Part shown: positions 1 to 9,275 of the stretch, piece by piece
Numbering within the stretch: the first letter of the stretch is position 1
How the letters are laid out: the number at the start of each line of letters is the position of its first letter
From: Candidatus Micrarchaeota archaeon
Lineage (GTDB): Archaea; Micrarchaeota; Micrarchaeia; Micrarchaeales; CABMGC01
Assembly: GCA_021801225.1 (NCBI GenBank)
Contig: JAJYYF010000002.1
Location: forward strand, 317 to 64,316
Reading direction: 5' to 3'
Length of the DNA stretch: 64,000 bases
Translations under genes and position numbers: made by a program
The notes under the pieces: model-generated
Databases searched by the model: none
Seen by the model: only the letters and a program-made list of their open reading frames with translations
What the model was told of the DNA's origin: nothing

Positions 1-915
1 ATCTCTTATATTGCCAATTACTCTCCCCCACATTATTGATGGGTAGACATTACCATAACTGTCCATAAAGAGTGAGGCGTCTAAACTCCTACTTTTCATA
101 GGAGAGTTTCCAGTTAATATATATATACTCAACTTTTTAAGAAATGCATTTTCTATAAAAGGTATAGCTCCAAATTCAAATTTCCTTTTTTTAATTATAA
201 AGTCTATCTCTTTAGCTAACTCCTCCTTATCAGCTCTTATGTCCAACTCCCCATTTTTATAATAGCTATCTGATATTTGTCCTACATTAAGATGGAAATC
301 ATTATGAGTTATCCAAGGCAACTCTGCCTTAACTTCATCTATGGTCTTCTCAAGCATTCCCTGATTAAACCTGCTCATTGTATATCCAAATATAAAAAAT
401 AAGTTTTTGTATTCTTTTTTTAATTTATTTAATCTCTTTGCCATATCTATTACTTTATCATAATTTCCAGGTACTCCTCTTATTTTATCATGTAACTCCC
501 TATAACCATCTAAACTTAGAGTTATGGAAACTTTAGGAATTCCTAAAGATAAAATTTCTTTTAATTTCTTTTCAACCATATCATGATTGCACAATGAATT
601 TGTTGGCATTGTGAGAACAAAAAGATCCTTGCAGTTCTGTTGGAAAGCCTTTGCTATCTCTACAATATCATTTCTTAAAAATGGTTCTCCACCTGTTATC
701 TCAATCCATTTTAAGTAATTATTTTTAATTGAAATTTGTTTAATCTCTTCAAGTGTTAATTCATTTACTGGTTTAATCTGCCATATATTGCAGGTTAAGC
801 AACGTGATTGACACCAATATGATATCGAAAAAGTTAATTTATATGGTTTAGCTAAGCTAGAAAAGTTACTTTTTAATGCGGTCAATCCTAATTTTGTAAA
901 TTTAACGGTATTCAT
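1..915 (-). CDS. Radical SAM protein (3' end runs off the window start)
   Basis: Absent from the ORF track because truncated. Own translation from ATG (complement of 913-915): MNTVKFTKLGLTALKS..FSISYWCQSRCLTCNIW..ITGGEPFLRNDIVEIA. CxxxCxxC cluster motif plus GGEPF; frame stays open to base 1. Confidence 0.7.
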   Translation of the reverse strand, partial: MNTVKFTKLGLTALKSNFSSLAKPYKLTFSISYWCQSRCLTCNIWQIKPVNELTLEEIKQISIKNNYLKWIEITGGEPFLRNDIVEIAKAFQQNCKDLFVLTMPTNSLCNHDMVEKKLKEILSLGIPKVSITLSLDGYRELHDKIRGVPGNYDKVIDMAKRLNKLKKEYKNLFFIFGYTMSRFNQGMLEKTIDEVKAELPWITHNDFHLNVGQISDSYYKNGELDIRADKEELAKEIDFIIKKRKFEFGAIPFIENAFLKKLSIYILTGNSPMKSRSLDASLFMDSYGNVYPSIMWGRVIGNIRD

Positions 916-1027
916 CTATTACACTTACTTTTATTGTTTTTATCCTTTATTATATTATAATACTTTATATATTTGATTTATAATATTTACTGATAATATA
1001 CTTATCACTATTGATTTAGGTATTTTA

Positions 1028-1624
1028 ATGAGTCTTATAATATTTGTACGCCACGGAGAGAGTTCAGCAAATAAAAAACACATTTTATCTGATGAGTTGG
1101 GTGTTTATCCCTTGACAAAATTGGGAAGAGAGCAAGCAAATAAGACAGGAATAGACTTAAAAAAACTTAAAATAAATAAGGTTTTTTCTAGTCCTGTTTT
1201 AAGAACAATTCAAACATCTGAGATAATCTGTAAACATATTAAAAAAACAAATATAATTGATAGTCGGCTAACAGAAAGAAGGTTTAAAGAAATGAGAGGA
1301 ACAAAGGTAAAAGATAACGGTTGGAAGTTACTTTACGGATACAAAATAGAACCATTTGAACTTCTTAAAAAAAGACTTAATTCATTTATAAAATCACAAG
1401 AAAAAAACTCCTGTATTTTAGCAGTAACGCATCATGATCCGATAGTATCTGTAATAGCATCAGTATACGATGTAGATCAACTGGTTAGTTTTTCTTTTAG
1501 ACCCACCTATGCCAGTATAACCGCAGTACTTTCTGAAAACGGAAGTATAACACCTTTGTTTTTTGGTTTGAACTTTATGAATGACGAAGCTATTAAAAAA
1601 ATACCTAAAAAGTATAAATGGTAA
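1028..1624 (+). CDS. Histidine phosphatase family protein (phosphoglycerate mutase-like)
   Basis: N-terminal RHGES catalytic motif (FVRHGESSAN) and downstream VTHHDP histidine motif. Confidence 0.7.
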   Translation: MSLIIFVRHGESSANKKHILSDELGVYPLTKLGREQANKTGIDLKKLKINKVFSSPVLRTIQTSEIICKHIKKTNIIDSRLTERRFKEMRGTKVKDNGWKLLYGYKIEPFELLKKRLNSFIKSQEKNSCILAVTHHDPIVSVIASVYDVDQLVSFSFRPTYASITAVLSENGSITPLFFGLNFMNDEAIKKIPKKYKW

Positions 1625-2304
1625 TTATGAAAAAAGAACTTATTTCTGTAATTATACCGACATTAAATGAGGAAAACAACATAGAGAATGTTCTCAGAAA
1701 AGTTAATTCAATTCTTCAAGACACTGATCATGAAATAATTATTGTTGATGGCAACTCAAAAGACAAAACAGTCAAGATTGCTAAGAAATTCAATGTAAAA
1801 ATAATTTATGATAATAAAGGGAAGGGTTCAGCTTTAAGAAAAGGTTTCAAAGTTGCAAAAGGAGATATCTTAATATCTATGGACGCTGATCTTTCAAATG
1901 ATCCAAAAGAGTTAAAACTCATAATAAGCAGCATAAGAATAGGTTATGATATATGTATGGGTTCACGTTTCATGTCAGGTGGTGGAACAGAAGATATGTC
2001 TTTGTTAAGAAAGATAGGGAATAGATTTTTTGTATTTTTAGTTAACTTTTTCTTTAAATCACATTATACAGATCTTTGTTATGGCTATAGAGGTTTTAAG
2101 AAATCAGTAATAAATAAATTGGACTTAAAAGAAGATAGATTTGCAATAGAAACAGAAATAAACATAAAAGCTGCAAAGGAACATTTATCTATAATAGAGG
2201 TTCCGAGCATTGAAAAAAAACGTGATTTTGGAACAGGAAAGCTAAGGACTTTTGCAGACGGTTATAATATTCTAAAAACAATAATTAAGAATGTTTTTAA
2301 TTAA
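1618..2304 (+). CDS. Family 2 glycosyltransferase (dolichyl-phosphate sugar synthase-like)
   Basis: ISVIIPTLNEE start, DGNSKDKT, ISMDADLSNDP (DxD) and GSRF motifs typical of GT2/Dpm1-like enzymes. Overlaps the upstream gene stop; real start may be the ATG at 1627. Confidence 0.8.
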   Translation: MVIMKKELISVIIPTLNEENNIENVLRKVNSILQDTDHEIIIVDGNSKDKTVKIAKKFNVKIIYDNKGKGSALRKGFKVAKGDILISMDADLSNDPKELKLIISSIRIGYDICMGSRFMSGGGTEDMSLLRKIGNRFFVFLVNFFFKSHYTDLCYGYRGFKKSVINKLDLKEDRFAIETEINIKAAKEHLSIIEVPSIEKKRDFGTGKLRTFADGYNILKTIIKNVFN

Positions 2305-2359
2305 AATTCAAAGAAGAAAGATATTTAAGGTTTTTTATATTATGTATTGTTGTAATTAA

Positions 2360-5300
2360 ATGATATCTTCTAAAAAAATATTGAAAGATAGTAAAAACAA
2401 AAATTCAAAACAGCAATCTGCAATAGAATATGTACTTAGTTATTCATGGGCAATTATAATACTAATTGCCATAATTCTTATTTACTTTTACTACTCAAAC
2501 AATCAAGTAACCTACTCATCTTCATATTGTTATATATCGACAGAGTTTCCCTGTTACCAAATTTTAATCAACTCTAACTCATTAGGAACCTCAGCGGTAG
2601 TTGTTTTTTCAAACAATGTAAATAAACCTTTATACTTTTCATCAACTTCATTTTCAATTAAATTTACTCCAAATTCACAATATTATTTAGGGAGTTGTCA
2701 ACCAACAACCGTTCTACAAGGAGAACGTGTTACATGTACCGTTCTTGATCCTAATCTTACACTTCCTATAAGTTCTGAGGTAACTCCAGAGTTCTACTTA
2801 ACATACTCTGAGTGTATATCACAAAATTGTAACTCAAACAACAAACAAGTAATATCCTTAACTACTTCAGGAAGCGGATTATCTTATGTTTATCAATATA
2901 ATTTATCTACTAATAGTATAAAAACAACTCCTATTAAATATACATTAAATACATACTCATCTCCAGTTAGTGGAGGAAGTACCTCACCTTTAACTGGTAA
3001 TTATAATAGTGGGCAATCAGTATCAATTTCAGAAAACCCTAATGCTGGTTACACATTTAATGATTGGACCTGTACAGGTACAGGTTGCTATTCTGGAACA
3101 TCTAGTAATCCTACTATAATTATGGATTCAAACATAATAGAAACGGCAAACTTCAATCAATTACAAAGTTATACCTTAACAACAAATGCAGTTCCGAGTG
3201 ACGGTGGAACAGTATCTCCTGCTTCAGGAAGTTATTACTCTGGATCACAGGTTACAATATCAGAAACACCTGCTTCTGGCTATGTATTTACTGGTTGGTC
3301 TTGTACTGGATCTAACTGTTATTCTGGAACTACTGACTCAGCAGTTATAACAATTGACTCTAATGTAGTAGAAACCGCAAATTTCCAACAATCAGTTGCT
3401 ACTTATACACTAGCAACAAATTCAGATCCAACTAATGGTGGAACAACAACTCCGGTAAGTGGCTCTTATCAAGCAGGTAATTCAATAACAATATCTGAAA
3501 CACCAGCTTCTGGTTATGTATTTAATGGTTGGACATGTACTGGCGCAGGATGTTATGCAGGAACATCTCCATCAAACACAATAATAATCAGTGCAAACAC
3601 TGTAGAAACAGCTAACTTTAAAAAGCAAACAGGTTTTTATTATCCAGTTCCAACTTATACCTATCCATCAAAGGATACTTATTTCTACAGCAATAATAAC
3701 GGTGGACAAACGATAGGGCTAGTAAGCGATATGTACCACAACAATGTGTTGAACAGTATAGGTAGCGCATACTATGAATCTAATCACAATTACATTACAG
3801 TTTCTAGAGACGGTTATGTTTATGACTTATCTAAGTTTTATAATGATGGAAATAGCAGTTTCACAGCTGCTCTAGTAATAATAAATACATCTACTGAATC
3901 AGTAGTTAAGGAAGCTTTAATAGCAAACTCAACTGCAAATACGACTATAATTCAAGGAGTAGCTTCTGGAGATGGCTATTCAATGCAGTTTAACTCATCA
4001 GGTTCACTTTACATCTTAATAGGAGGGACATCATCAGCTTTTAATACACCAGAAGGCCCATATTTAGTAATAATCAATAAAACTGATTTGCAAGATGCTA
4101 TGACATCCTCTAATTTATTCTACACTTACAATAAAATACAAGTTAAAAACTTAACTAATATTGTCGGATCATCGGCTTCAGATGCAGCATATAATCCTTA
4201 CTTCACAAGTTTCATAATGTTAGGTAATTATGCTTTTATTTCAAACTCAACTAATTTATATGTATTAAATACCACCAAAAATAACTCAATGGCAGCAAAT
4301 ATATTAATAAACAAATTCGGACCTTCAATAGGTTCTGCTTCTGGAATAATAAATATGGTAACAGATGGAAACTTTATGTACTTTGCAATGGTCAATGGAA
4401 CATCTTCATCTGAATACAACTCGTCAATAGCATCATTTAACACAACATCGTTAAAGATAAACTACACAAACGTAGCATTATCTTTAAGTAACTATACTGT
4501 TGGTGCAACATTAAGTAGTAATCTTACTGATCTTTATGTTGTACTATCAAACGAAACCGTATACACATTTCCAGTAAGTGGAAGTGGCGTTTCCAGTGTA
4601 AAGAGTGTTCAGAACTTCAGATCCACTGATCCCTACGTTAATTATCCCGATTCTATTCCATTAGCTACGGGCTCACAATATAACTTTGTTTCAAGTGCAA
4701 ATAGTACTGATTTATATGTAAGCACAACGGTAGGTTCTGGAAACTTTTATGAAATTTATAATCTTAAATCAGGTTCTCAAGATGGTGTTCTGGGCCTAGA
4801 AAATAACTTAAATACTCCTAAAACTTATGGAAATGCAGACATTGTATACGCACCACAAAATAACTACAATATATACACAACAGGCGCTCAGAAATCAGGA
4901 AATTATTATAATCCAGGTTCTACAAACTTTGGACAGGTTAGTATTATAAGCAGTGCATACTTAATAAACAAAGAAAATGTTACATTACCATCTACATTTT
5001 CTCCTACTGCATTACTTTATGATGGAAATAACTTAAGAATTGGAGGTTATAACTACACTGGCAATACTATAAATGATGGACAAGCGTTATTGACTACTGC
5101 TAATACTACACAAAATATTGTTAACTCAAATATTGTAGCGCCAGAAGCGCAAATTTCATACTTTTATAACTCTGGTTATCCAATGACTCCTGAAACAAGT
5201 ACGTATTATTTACCAATGGTGGCTGATTTTTCACAACCAAATGGAAATTTCTTCTCAATATACCCTTCAGGAAGTGTAAATTACGAGTTTTATGCTCAAA

Positions 5301-6442
5301 CTTTATCCCAAGTGTTTCCAACAAATGTTATTTTATCTGGTATGGCTGCAACAACTAGTAATTCTCAAGCTGCAAACTGCCCTTCAGGAGGTCCTTGCGC
5401 TGCAGGAAACTTATATCTAACCCCTTATCAAACAATAGATGCTTTTTCATCTATGTCCTCATCTTCTGGTTCTGTTTGTGCTGCTGAAGCAAATTATGGT
5501 TTTGCATCAACTTCTACTGTTTATATAAATGGAATGCTTGAAAAAAATAACGATATGACTGTATTATCTTATCAAACTCAACTTCAAGATGATTATAGTG
5601 ATGCTCCTGGTCCTGCTCCTGGAGGTATGGGCGCAACGGCAGCTCAAATAGTTTTCAATTATCCATTAAATGATACTATAGCTTCAACATACAATGCAAA
5701 TGGGAATAGTGATACTCAAACCGCCGCGGGCACTGGAGATGCCGGAGCTTTTAGTTGTTCTTCGCCACCTAGTCCAAATGAGTTTATAACTTATAGTTAT
5801 TGGACAGTAACTGATTCGGGATTATTATCTCAATCAACTAACTCAATTTTAACAAATCCTCCTGTAGTTCCAGTTAATAATACACCATATGTTTACATGT
5901 TAAGTCCAGAAAACGGAGAAGTTGCAATATACAATAAGAATACAAATGCTTTCAGTACGATATCACTTCCTCATTTTAATTTCTATGATACCATTTACAA
6001 CAACAAAAGAGATGCTATGACATCTACAACTAACGGAACATTTGTTTTTGTAGGTTATTCAACTCCATTTTCTAATTGCGCAATTGCAACGATAAATACA
6101 CAACTTCAAAAAATAGTTAAAATAAACTATGATTCAGGTGCCAATGGTGGTGGTTGTTTTACGGGCGGACCTGGAGAAATGATAGTATCTCCGGATGGTA
6201 AGTACTTATATTCTGGTATTGCTAGTGTTACTAATGGAGGTTCAGTATACAGTATTTATGATCTAATTACTTATAACTCTACATTTGAAAATGGACCTAG
6301 TGGCGAGTTTAATGTTTCCTTTGCTAATACGGGCACATTCACATTGCCTATCGGAACTGAATTTGGCTATGGTTCAAACGGATTAGGCGATATGACTTAT
6401 CAAAGAATTGCAATATCTACAAATGCGCAACCTTTACCGTGA
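2360..6442 (+). CDS. Giant (1360 aa) surface protein: class III signal peptide/pilin-like N-module, 3 InlB-B-type repeats, Asn/Ser/Thr-rich beta-rich C-terminal region
   Basis: N-terminus KQQSAIEYVLSYSWAIIILIAIILIYF (Q-x3-E plus hydrophobic helix, as in archaeal class III signal peptides). Three ~76-aa repeats. C-terminal SPDGKYLY and YVxN-like segments suggest propeller blades. Many N-x-S/T sequons. Confidence 0.75.
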   Translation: MISSKKILKDSKNKNSKQQSAIEYVLSYSWAIIILIAIILIYFYYSNNQVTYSSSYCYISTEFPCYQILINSNSLGTSAVVVFSNNVNKPLYFSSTSFSIKFTPNSQYYLGSCQPTTVLQGERVTCTVLDPNLTLPISSEVTPEFYLTYSECISQNCNSNNKQVISLTTSGSGLSYVYQYNLSTNSIKTTPIKYTLNTYSSPVSGGSTSPLTGNYNSGQSVSISENPNAGYTFNDWTCTGTGCYSGTSSNPTIIMDSNIIETANFNQLQSYTLTTNAVPSDGGTVSPASGSYYSGSQVTISETPASGYVFTGWSCTGSNCYSGTTDSAVITIDSNVVETANFQQSVATYTLATNSDPTNGGTTTPVSGSYQAGNSITISETPASGYVFNGWTCTGAGCYAGTSPSNTIIISANTVETANFKKQTGFYYPVPTYTYPSKDTYFYSNNNGGQTIGLVSDMYHNNVLNSIGSAYYESNHNYITVSRDGYVYDLSKFYNDGNSSFTAALVIINTSTESVVKEALIANSTANTTIIQGVASGDGYSMQFNSSGSLYILIGGTSSAFNTPEGPYLVIINKTDLQDAMTSSNLFYTYNKIQVKNLTNIVGSSASDAAYNPYFTSFIMLGNYAFISNSTNLYVLNTTKNNSMAANILINKFGPSIGSASGIINMVTDGNFMYFAMVNGTSSSEYNSSIASFNTTSLKINYTNVALSLSNYTVGATLSSNLTDLYVVLSNETVYTFPVSGSGVSSVKSVQNFRSTDPYVNYPDSIPLATGSQYNFVSSANSTDLYVSTTVGSGNFYEIYNLKSGSQDGVLGLENNLNTPKTYGNADIVYAPQNNYNIYTTGAQKSGNYYNPGSTNFGQVSIISSAYLINKENVTLPSTFSPTALLYDGNNLRIGGYNYTGNTINDGQALLTTANTTQNIVNSNIVAPEAQISYFYNSGYPMTPETSTYYLPMVADFSQPNGNFFSIYPSGSVNYEFYAQTLSQVFPTNVILSGMAATTSNSQAANCPSGGPCAAGNLYLTPYQTIDAFSSMSSSSGSVCAAEANYGFASTSTVYINGMLEKNNDMTVLSYQTQLQDDYSDAPGPAPGGMGATAAQIVFNYPLNDTIASTYNANGNSDTQTAAGTGDAGAFSCSSPPSPNEFITYSYWTVTDSGLLSQSTNSILTNPPVVPVNNTPYVYMLSPENGEVAIYNKNTNAFSTISLPHFNFYDTIYNNKRDAMTSTTNGTFVFVGYSTPFSNCAIATINTQLQKIVKINYDSGANGGGCFTGGPGEMIVSPDGKYLYSGIASVTNGGSVYSIYDLITYNSTFENGPSGEFNVSFANTGTFTLPIGTEFGYGSNGLGDMTYQRIAISTNAQPLP
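2939..3619 (+). repeat. Three tandem ~228-bp coding repeats (divergent InlB B-repeat-like domains)
   Basis: YTLNTYSSPVSGGSTSPLTGNYNSGQSVSISENPNAGYTFNDWTCTGTGCYSG..ETANF, YTLTTNAVPSDGGTVSPASGSYYSGSQVTISETPASGYVFTGWSCTGSNCYSG..ETANF and YTLATNSDPTNGGTTTPVSGSYQAGNSITISETPASGYVFNGWTCTGAGCYAG..ETANF. Confidence 0.8.
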
Positions 6443-6445
6443 TAT

Positions 6446-7079
6446 TATGTATAACTCAAATATAAACAATATTGATTCAAAAGTAAAACACTCTAAAAAG
6501 AATGTTGCAATTGCTGTAATTTTAGTTATAGTTATTTTTTCAATAATTGCATATGTGATTAGCACTAATTACAATGTACAACATCAAAGTTCAAACGGTA
6601 TAAATAATGTTCCAATAAATGTCAAGCTTAGCTCTGCTGTTGGTTCAGGTTCATATCATTATTTTAACTTAACGAGGAGTAGTACAATTAGAAATATTAC
6701 ACTTATTAACCAATTATATAACTTAAACATCTCAAATAGAAACATAACAAGCGGAGTGAAGGTAGCATATTATGGGTCTAACTCGGTATTAGAGTTAATA
6801 TCAATTCTTAATACATCTGCTTCAAATAATTATCACAGCACTTTAAATCACGAGTTAATAACACATCAATACTCTCCAATTTACAATAAAACATACAATG
6901 GCGTAAATTATTCTGAACTTTATCGTATTTATAATGGAAATGTAAAATCATTTCTTATTTTAGGATATTATAAAAATTACTTTGCAGTTATTTTATCAAC
7001 TGGAAATTATAGCACATCTTCAGTTACAAATTACACAATTCCTGCACTAGTGAATATAATAAGTTCTCAAACAACTTAA
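6446..7079 (+). CDS. Hypothetical N-terminally anchored extracytoplasmic protein, sequon-rich
   Basis: ORF track 6408..7079. Likely start is the ATG at 6446, just after the upstream stop. Single TM (VAIAVILVIVIFSIIAYVI), then many N-x-S/T sites. No recognisable domain. Confidence 0.5.
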
Positions 7080-7117
7080 ATATTTATTTAATAAAAAAAT
7101 AAAAAGTTTACTTTATT

Positions 7118-7885
7118 CTATGCGTTTTGCATCTTGCTTTTTATTACTCTTTTTAATTTATCCCCGAACGTTTCGTAAATTCCATTTAACTTAATTATTT
7201 TAATTTCTTTTTCAGAAGATTTCACTCTAAAAGAATCCCCTTTTCTAATAGTACCAACAGTAAAGTTATCATACCTTAGAACTCCTTCATACTTTGAAAT
7301 CTCTATCTCAATTGTTTTATTTGAGTTTACTACAAGCGCGTTTCTATAAGGTCCATCGGGATTAATAAATGTAATACAAAAAAGATTATTCTCAAGAAGT
7401 ATAGGCCCTCCTGCACTTCTATTATAAGCTGTAGAACCTATTTTACTACTTATTATAACTCCATCTCCTCCTACAACAAATGGGTATATATGTTGACGCT
7501 TGTTGTTTATGATCTCATAAACTTTGAAGCTTACTTCCCCAACACTGTTTGATAAGTAACACTCGTTAATTGCATAATATTTTTTATTTTTATACGTTAA
7601 GAGAAGTTTTTTACCTAATAATTCAACATGATAATTTTTATTTTTTAATAAATGTATTACTTCATCAATTCTATCTACTCCTAAATCTGAGTAATAGCCT
7701 GTACTATCATCAGTATTATCCCGTATTAAAAGTATGGGACAGGAAGTTTTTTGTGCTGCATGAATAAATGTACCATCTCCTCCTATTACTAGGCAAATCT
7801 CTCCGTTTTTTACTACCTCAAAGTTACTTCTTATCTTTCTTTCTATTTCTGGATACTTTTTTTTAGTGAAAAGAGATACGTTCAT
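7118..7885 (-). CDS. nadK: NAD(+) kinase
   Basis: GGDGT motif (VIGGDGTFIHAA) and second motif VVGGDGVIISSKIGSTAYNRSAGGPIL typical of NAD kinases. Sits 2 nt downstream of the E3 gene. Confidence 0.85.
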   Translation of the reverse strand: MNVSLFTKKKYPEIERKIRSNFEVVKNGEICLVIGGDGTFIHAAQKTSCPILLIRDNTDDSTGYYSDLGVDRIDEVIHLLKNKNYHVELLGKKLLLTYKNKKYYAINECYLSNSVGEVSFKVYEIINNKRQHIYPFVVGGDGVIISSKIGSTAYNRSAGGPILLENNLFCITFINPDGPYRNALVVNSNKTIEIEISKYEGVLRYDNFTVGTIRKGDSFRVKSSEKEIKIIKLNGIYETFGDKLKRVIKSKMQNA

Positions 7886-7887
7886 AC

Positions 7888-9267
7888 TTATTTACCATTT
7901 TCATTATTTTTTCCATAAAAGAAATGTATTGGTCTTCCTAAACCTGCTTCTGCTACTTCCTGTATTTGTTCAGTATATGTTGGATGAGGATGTATTGTAT
8001 CTGCAATGTCTTCTAATGTTGCACCCATCTCTATGGCTAACGCAGCTTCAGCAACCATTGCATTTGCATCAGACGATACAATTTCAATACCTTTCACTAC
8101 TTTATTTTTATCATATGCAATCTTAACAAAGCCATCTGTCTTGTTCATTGCTATTGCTCTTCCAAGTGCAGTTAATGGGAACTTTTTAATGTAAATTCCT
8201 GTTTTTTCAGAAACATCTCCTGCTATTCCAATTTCTGGGTCTGAAAATACAACTGCTGGTATTACGACATTGTCGAAACCGGCATTTTTTCCAGCAGCTA
8301 CCTCTGCCGCGATGACCCCTTGTCTCATTGATTTATGTGCAAGCATCGGTTCCCCTATAACATCTCCAATTGCTAATATCTTTTCATCTGCTGTGTTTAA
8401 CGATTGTCCGACAGTTATGAAACCTTTTTGATCTACAACTACTTTAGTATTTTCTAAACCTAAATTATCAGTGTATGGTTTTAATCCTACTGCTACAACA
8501 ACTAACTCGTGCGGTATTTCTTCTCCTGACTTCAATTTAATTGAGGTTTGTGTATGTGACTCAGGAACTGAGTTTTTGTAAATTTTAACATTTAACTTTT
8601 CAAGGCTTTTTTCTATTATTGAAACAGCTTCAGGATCAAAATGTGATAGAATAGTTGATCGTGCAAGTATAGAAACAGAAACACCAAGCTTAGCATAAAG
8701 TGTAGCTAACTCTACTGCAACATATCCTGCTCCTATTATTGTTAATGTTTTAGGTATTGTTGAAAGCATTAATGCTTTTTTATAGTCAAGTATGTAGTCA
8801 TTAAACTCAAAGCCCTTTAACTCTACTGGGACAGAACCGGTTGCTATTATTGCGGTATCAAAATCAATCTCAGTTCCATTAGTTATCTGTAACTTTTGAG
8901 AGGATATGAATGTTGCTCCGCCTTTTACTATCTCTATTCCATTAGAGTTACATAAAAATTCTACACCTTTTTCTAGCTTTTCAGAAACGCCCATTCTCCA
9001 CTCTAATATTTTTTGTGCATTTATTTTTGGCTCAGCTTCTATTCCGAAGTTTTGTGAGTTCTTTGCTTTGTGGTATATATCAGCAATGTGCAATAGTGTT
9101 TTAGACGGTATACACGCATAGTTTAAGCAATGGCCACCCATCTTGTCCTTTTCTATTATAATTACTGAAAGACCTAGCTCAGCGGCGCGTATAGCCGCGA
9201 CATAACCTCCTACACCACCACCTACTATTGCAAGATTTACTTTTTCAGGTATAGAGCCCATTACCAT
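7888..9267 (-). CDS. lpdA: Dihydrolipoyl dehydrogenase (E3 of the 2-oxoacid dehydrogenase complex)
   Basis: FAD-binding GGGVGGYVAAIRAAELG, redox-active disulfide CLNYACIPSK, NAD-binding IIGAGYVAVE, C-terminal HPHPTYTE His-Glu region. Confidence 0.9.
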   Translation of the reverse strand: MVMGSIPEKVNLAIVGGGVGGYVAAIRAAELGLSVIIIEKDKMGGHCLNYACIPSKTLLHIADIYHKAKNSQNFGIEAEPKINAQKILEWRMGVSEKLEKGVEFLCNSNGIEIVKGGATFISSQKLQITNGTEIDFDTAIIATGSVPVELKGFEFNDYILDYKKALMLSTIPKTLTIIGAGYVAVELATLYAKLGVSVSILARSTILSHFDPEAVSIIEKSLEKLNVKIYKNSVPESHTQTSIKLKSGEEIPHELVVVAVGLKPYTDNLGLENTKVVVDQKGFITVGQSLNTADEKILAIGDVIGEPMLAHKSMRQGVIAAEVAAGKNAGFDNVVIPAVVFSDPEIGIAGDVSEKTGIYIKKFPLTALGRAIAMNKTDGFVKIAYDKNKVVKGIEIVSSDANAMVAEAALAIEMGATLEDIADTIHPHPTYTEQIQEVAEAGLGRPIHFFYGKNNENGK

Positions 9268-9275
9268 AAAATCAA

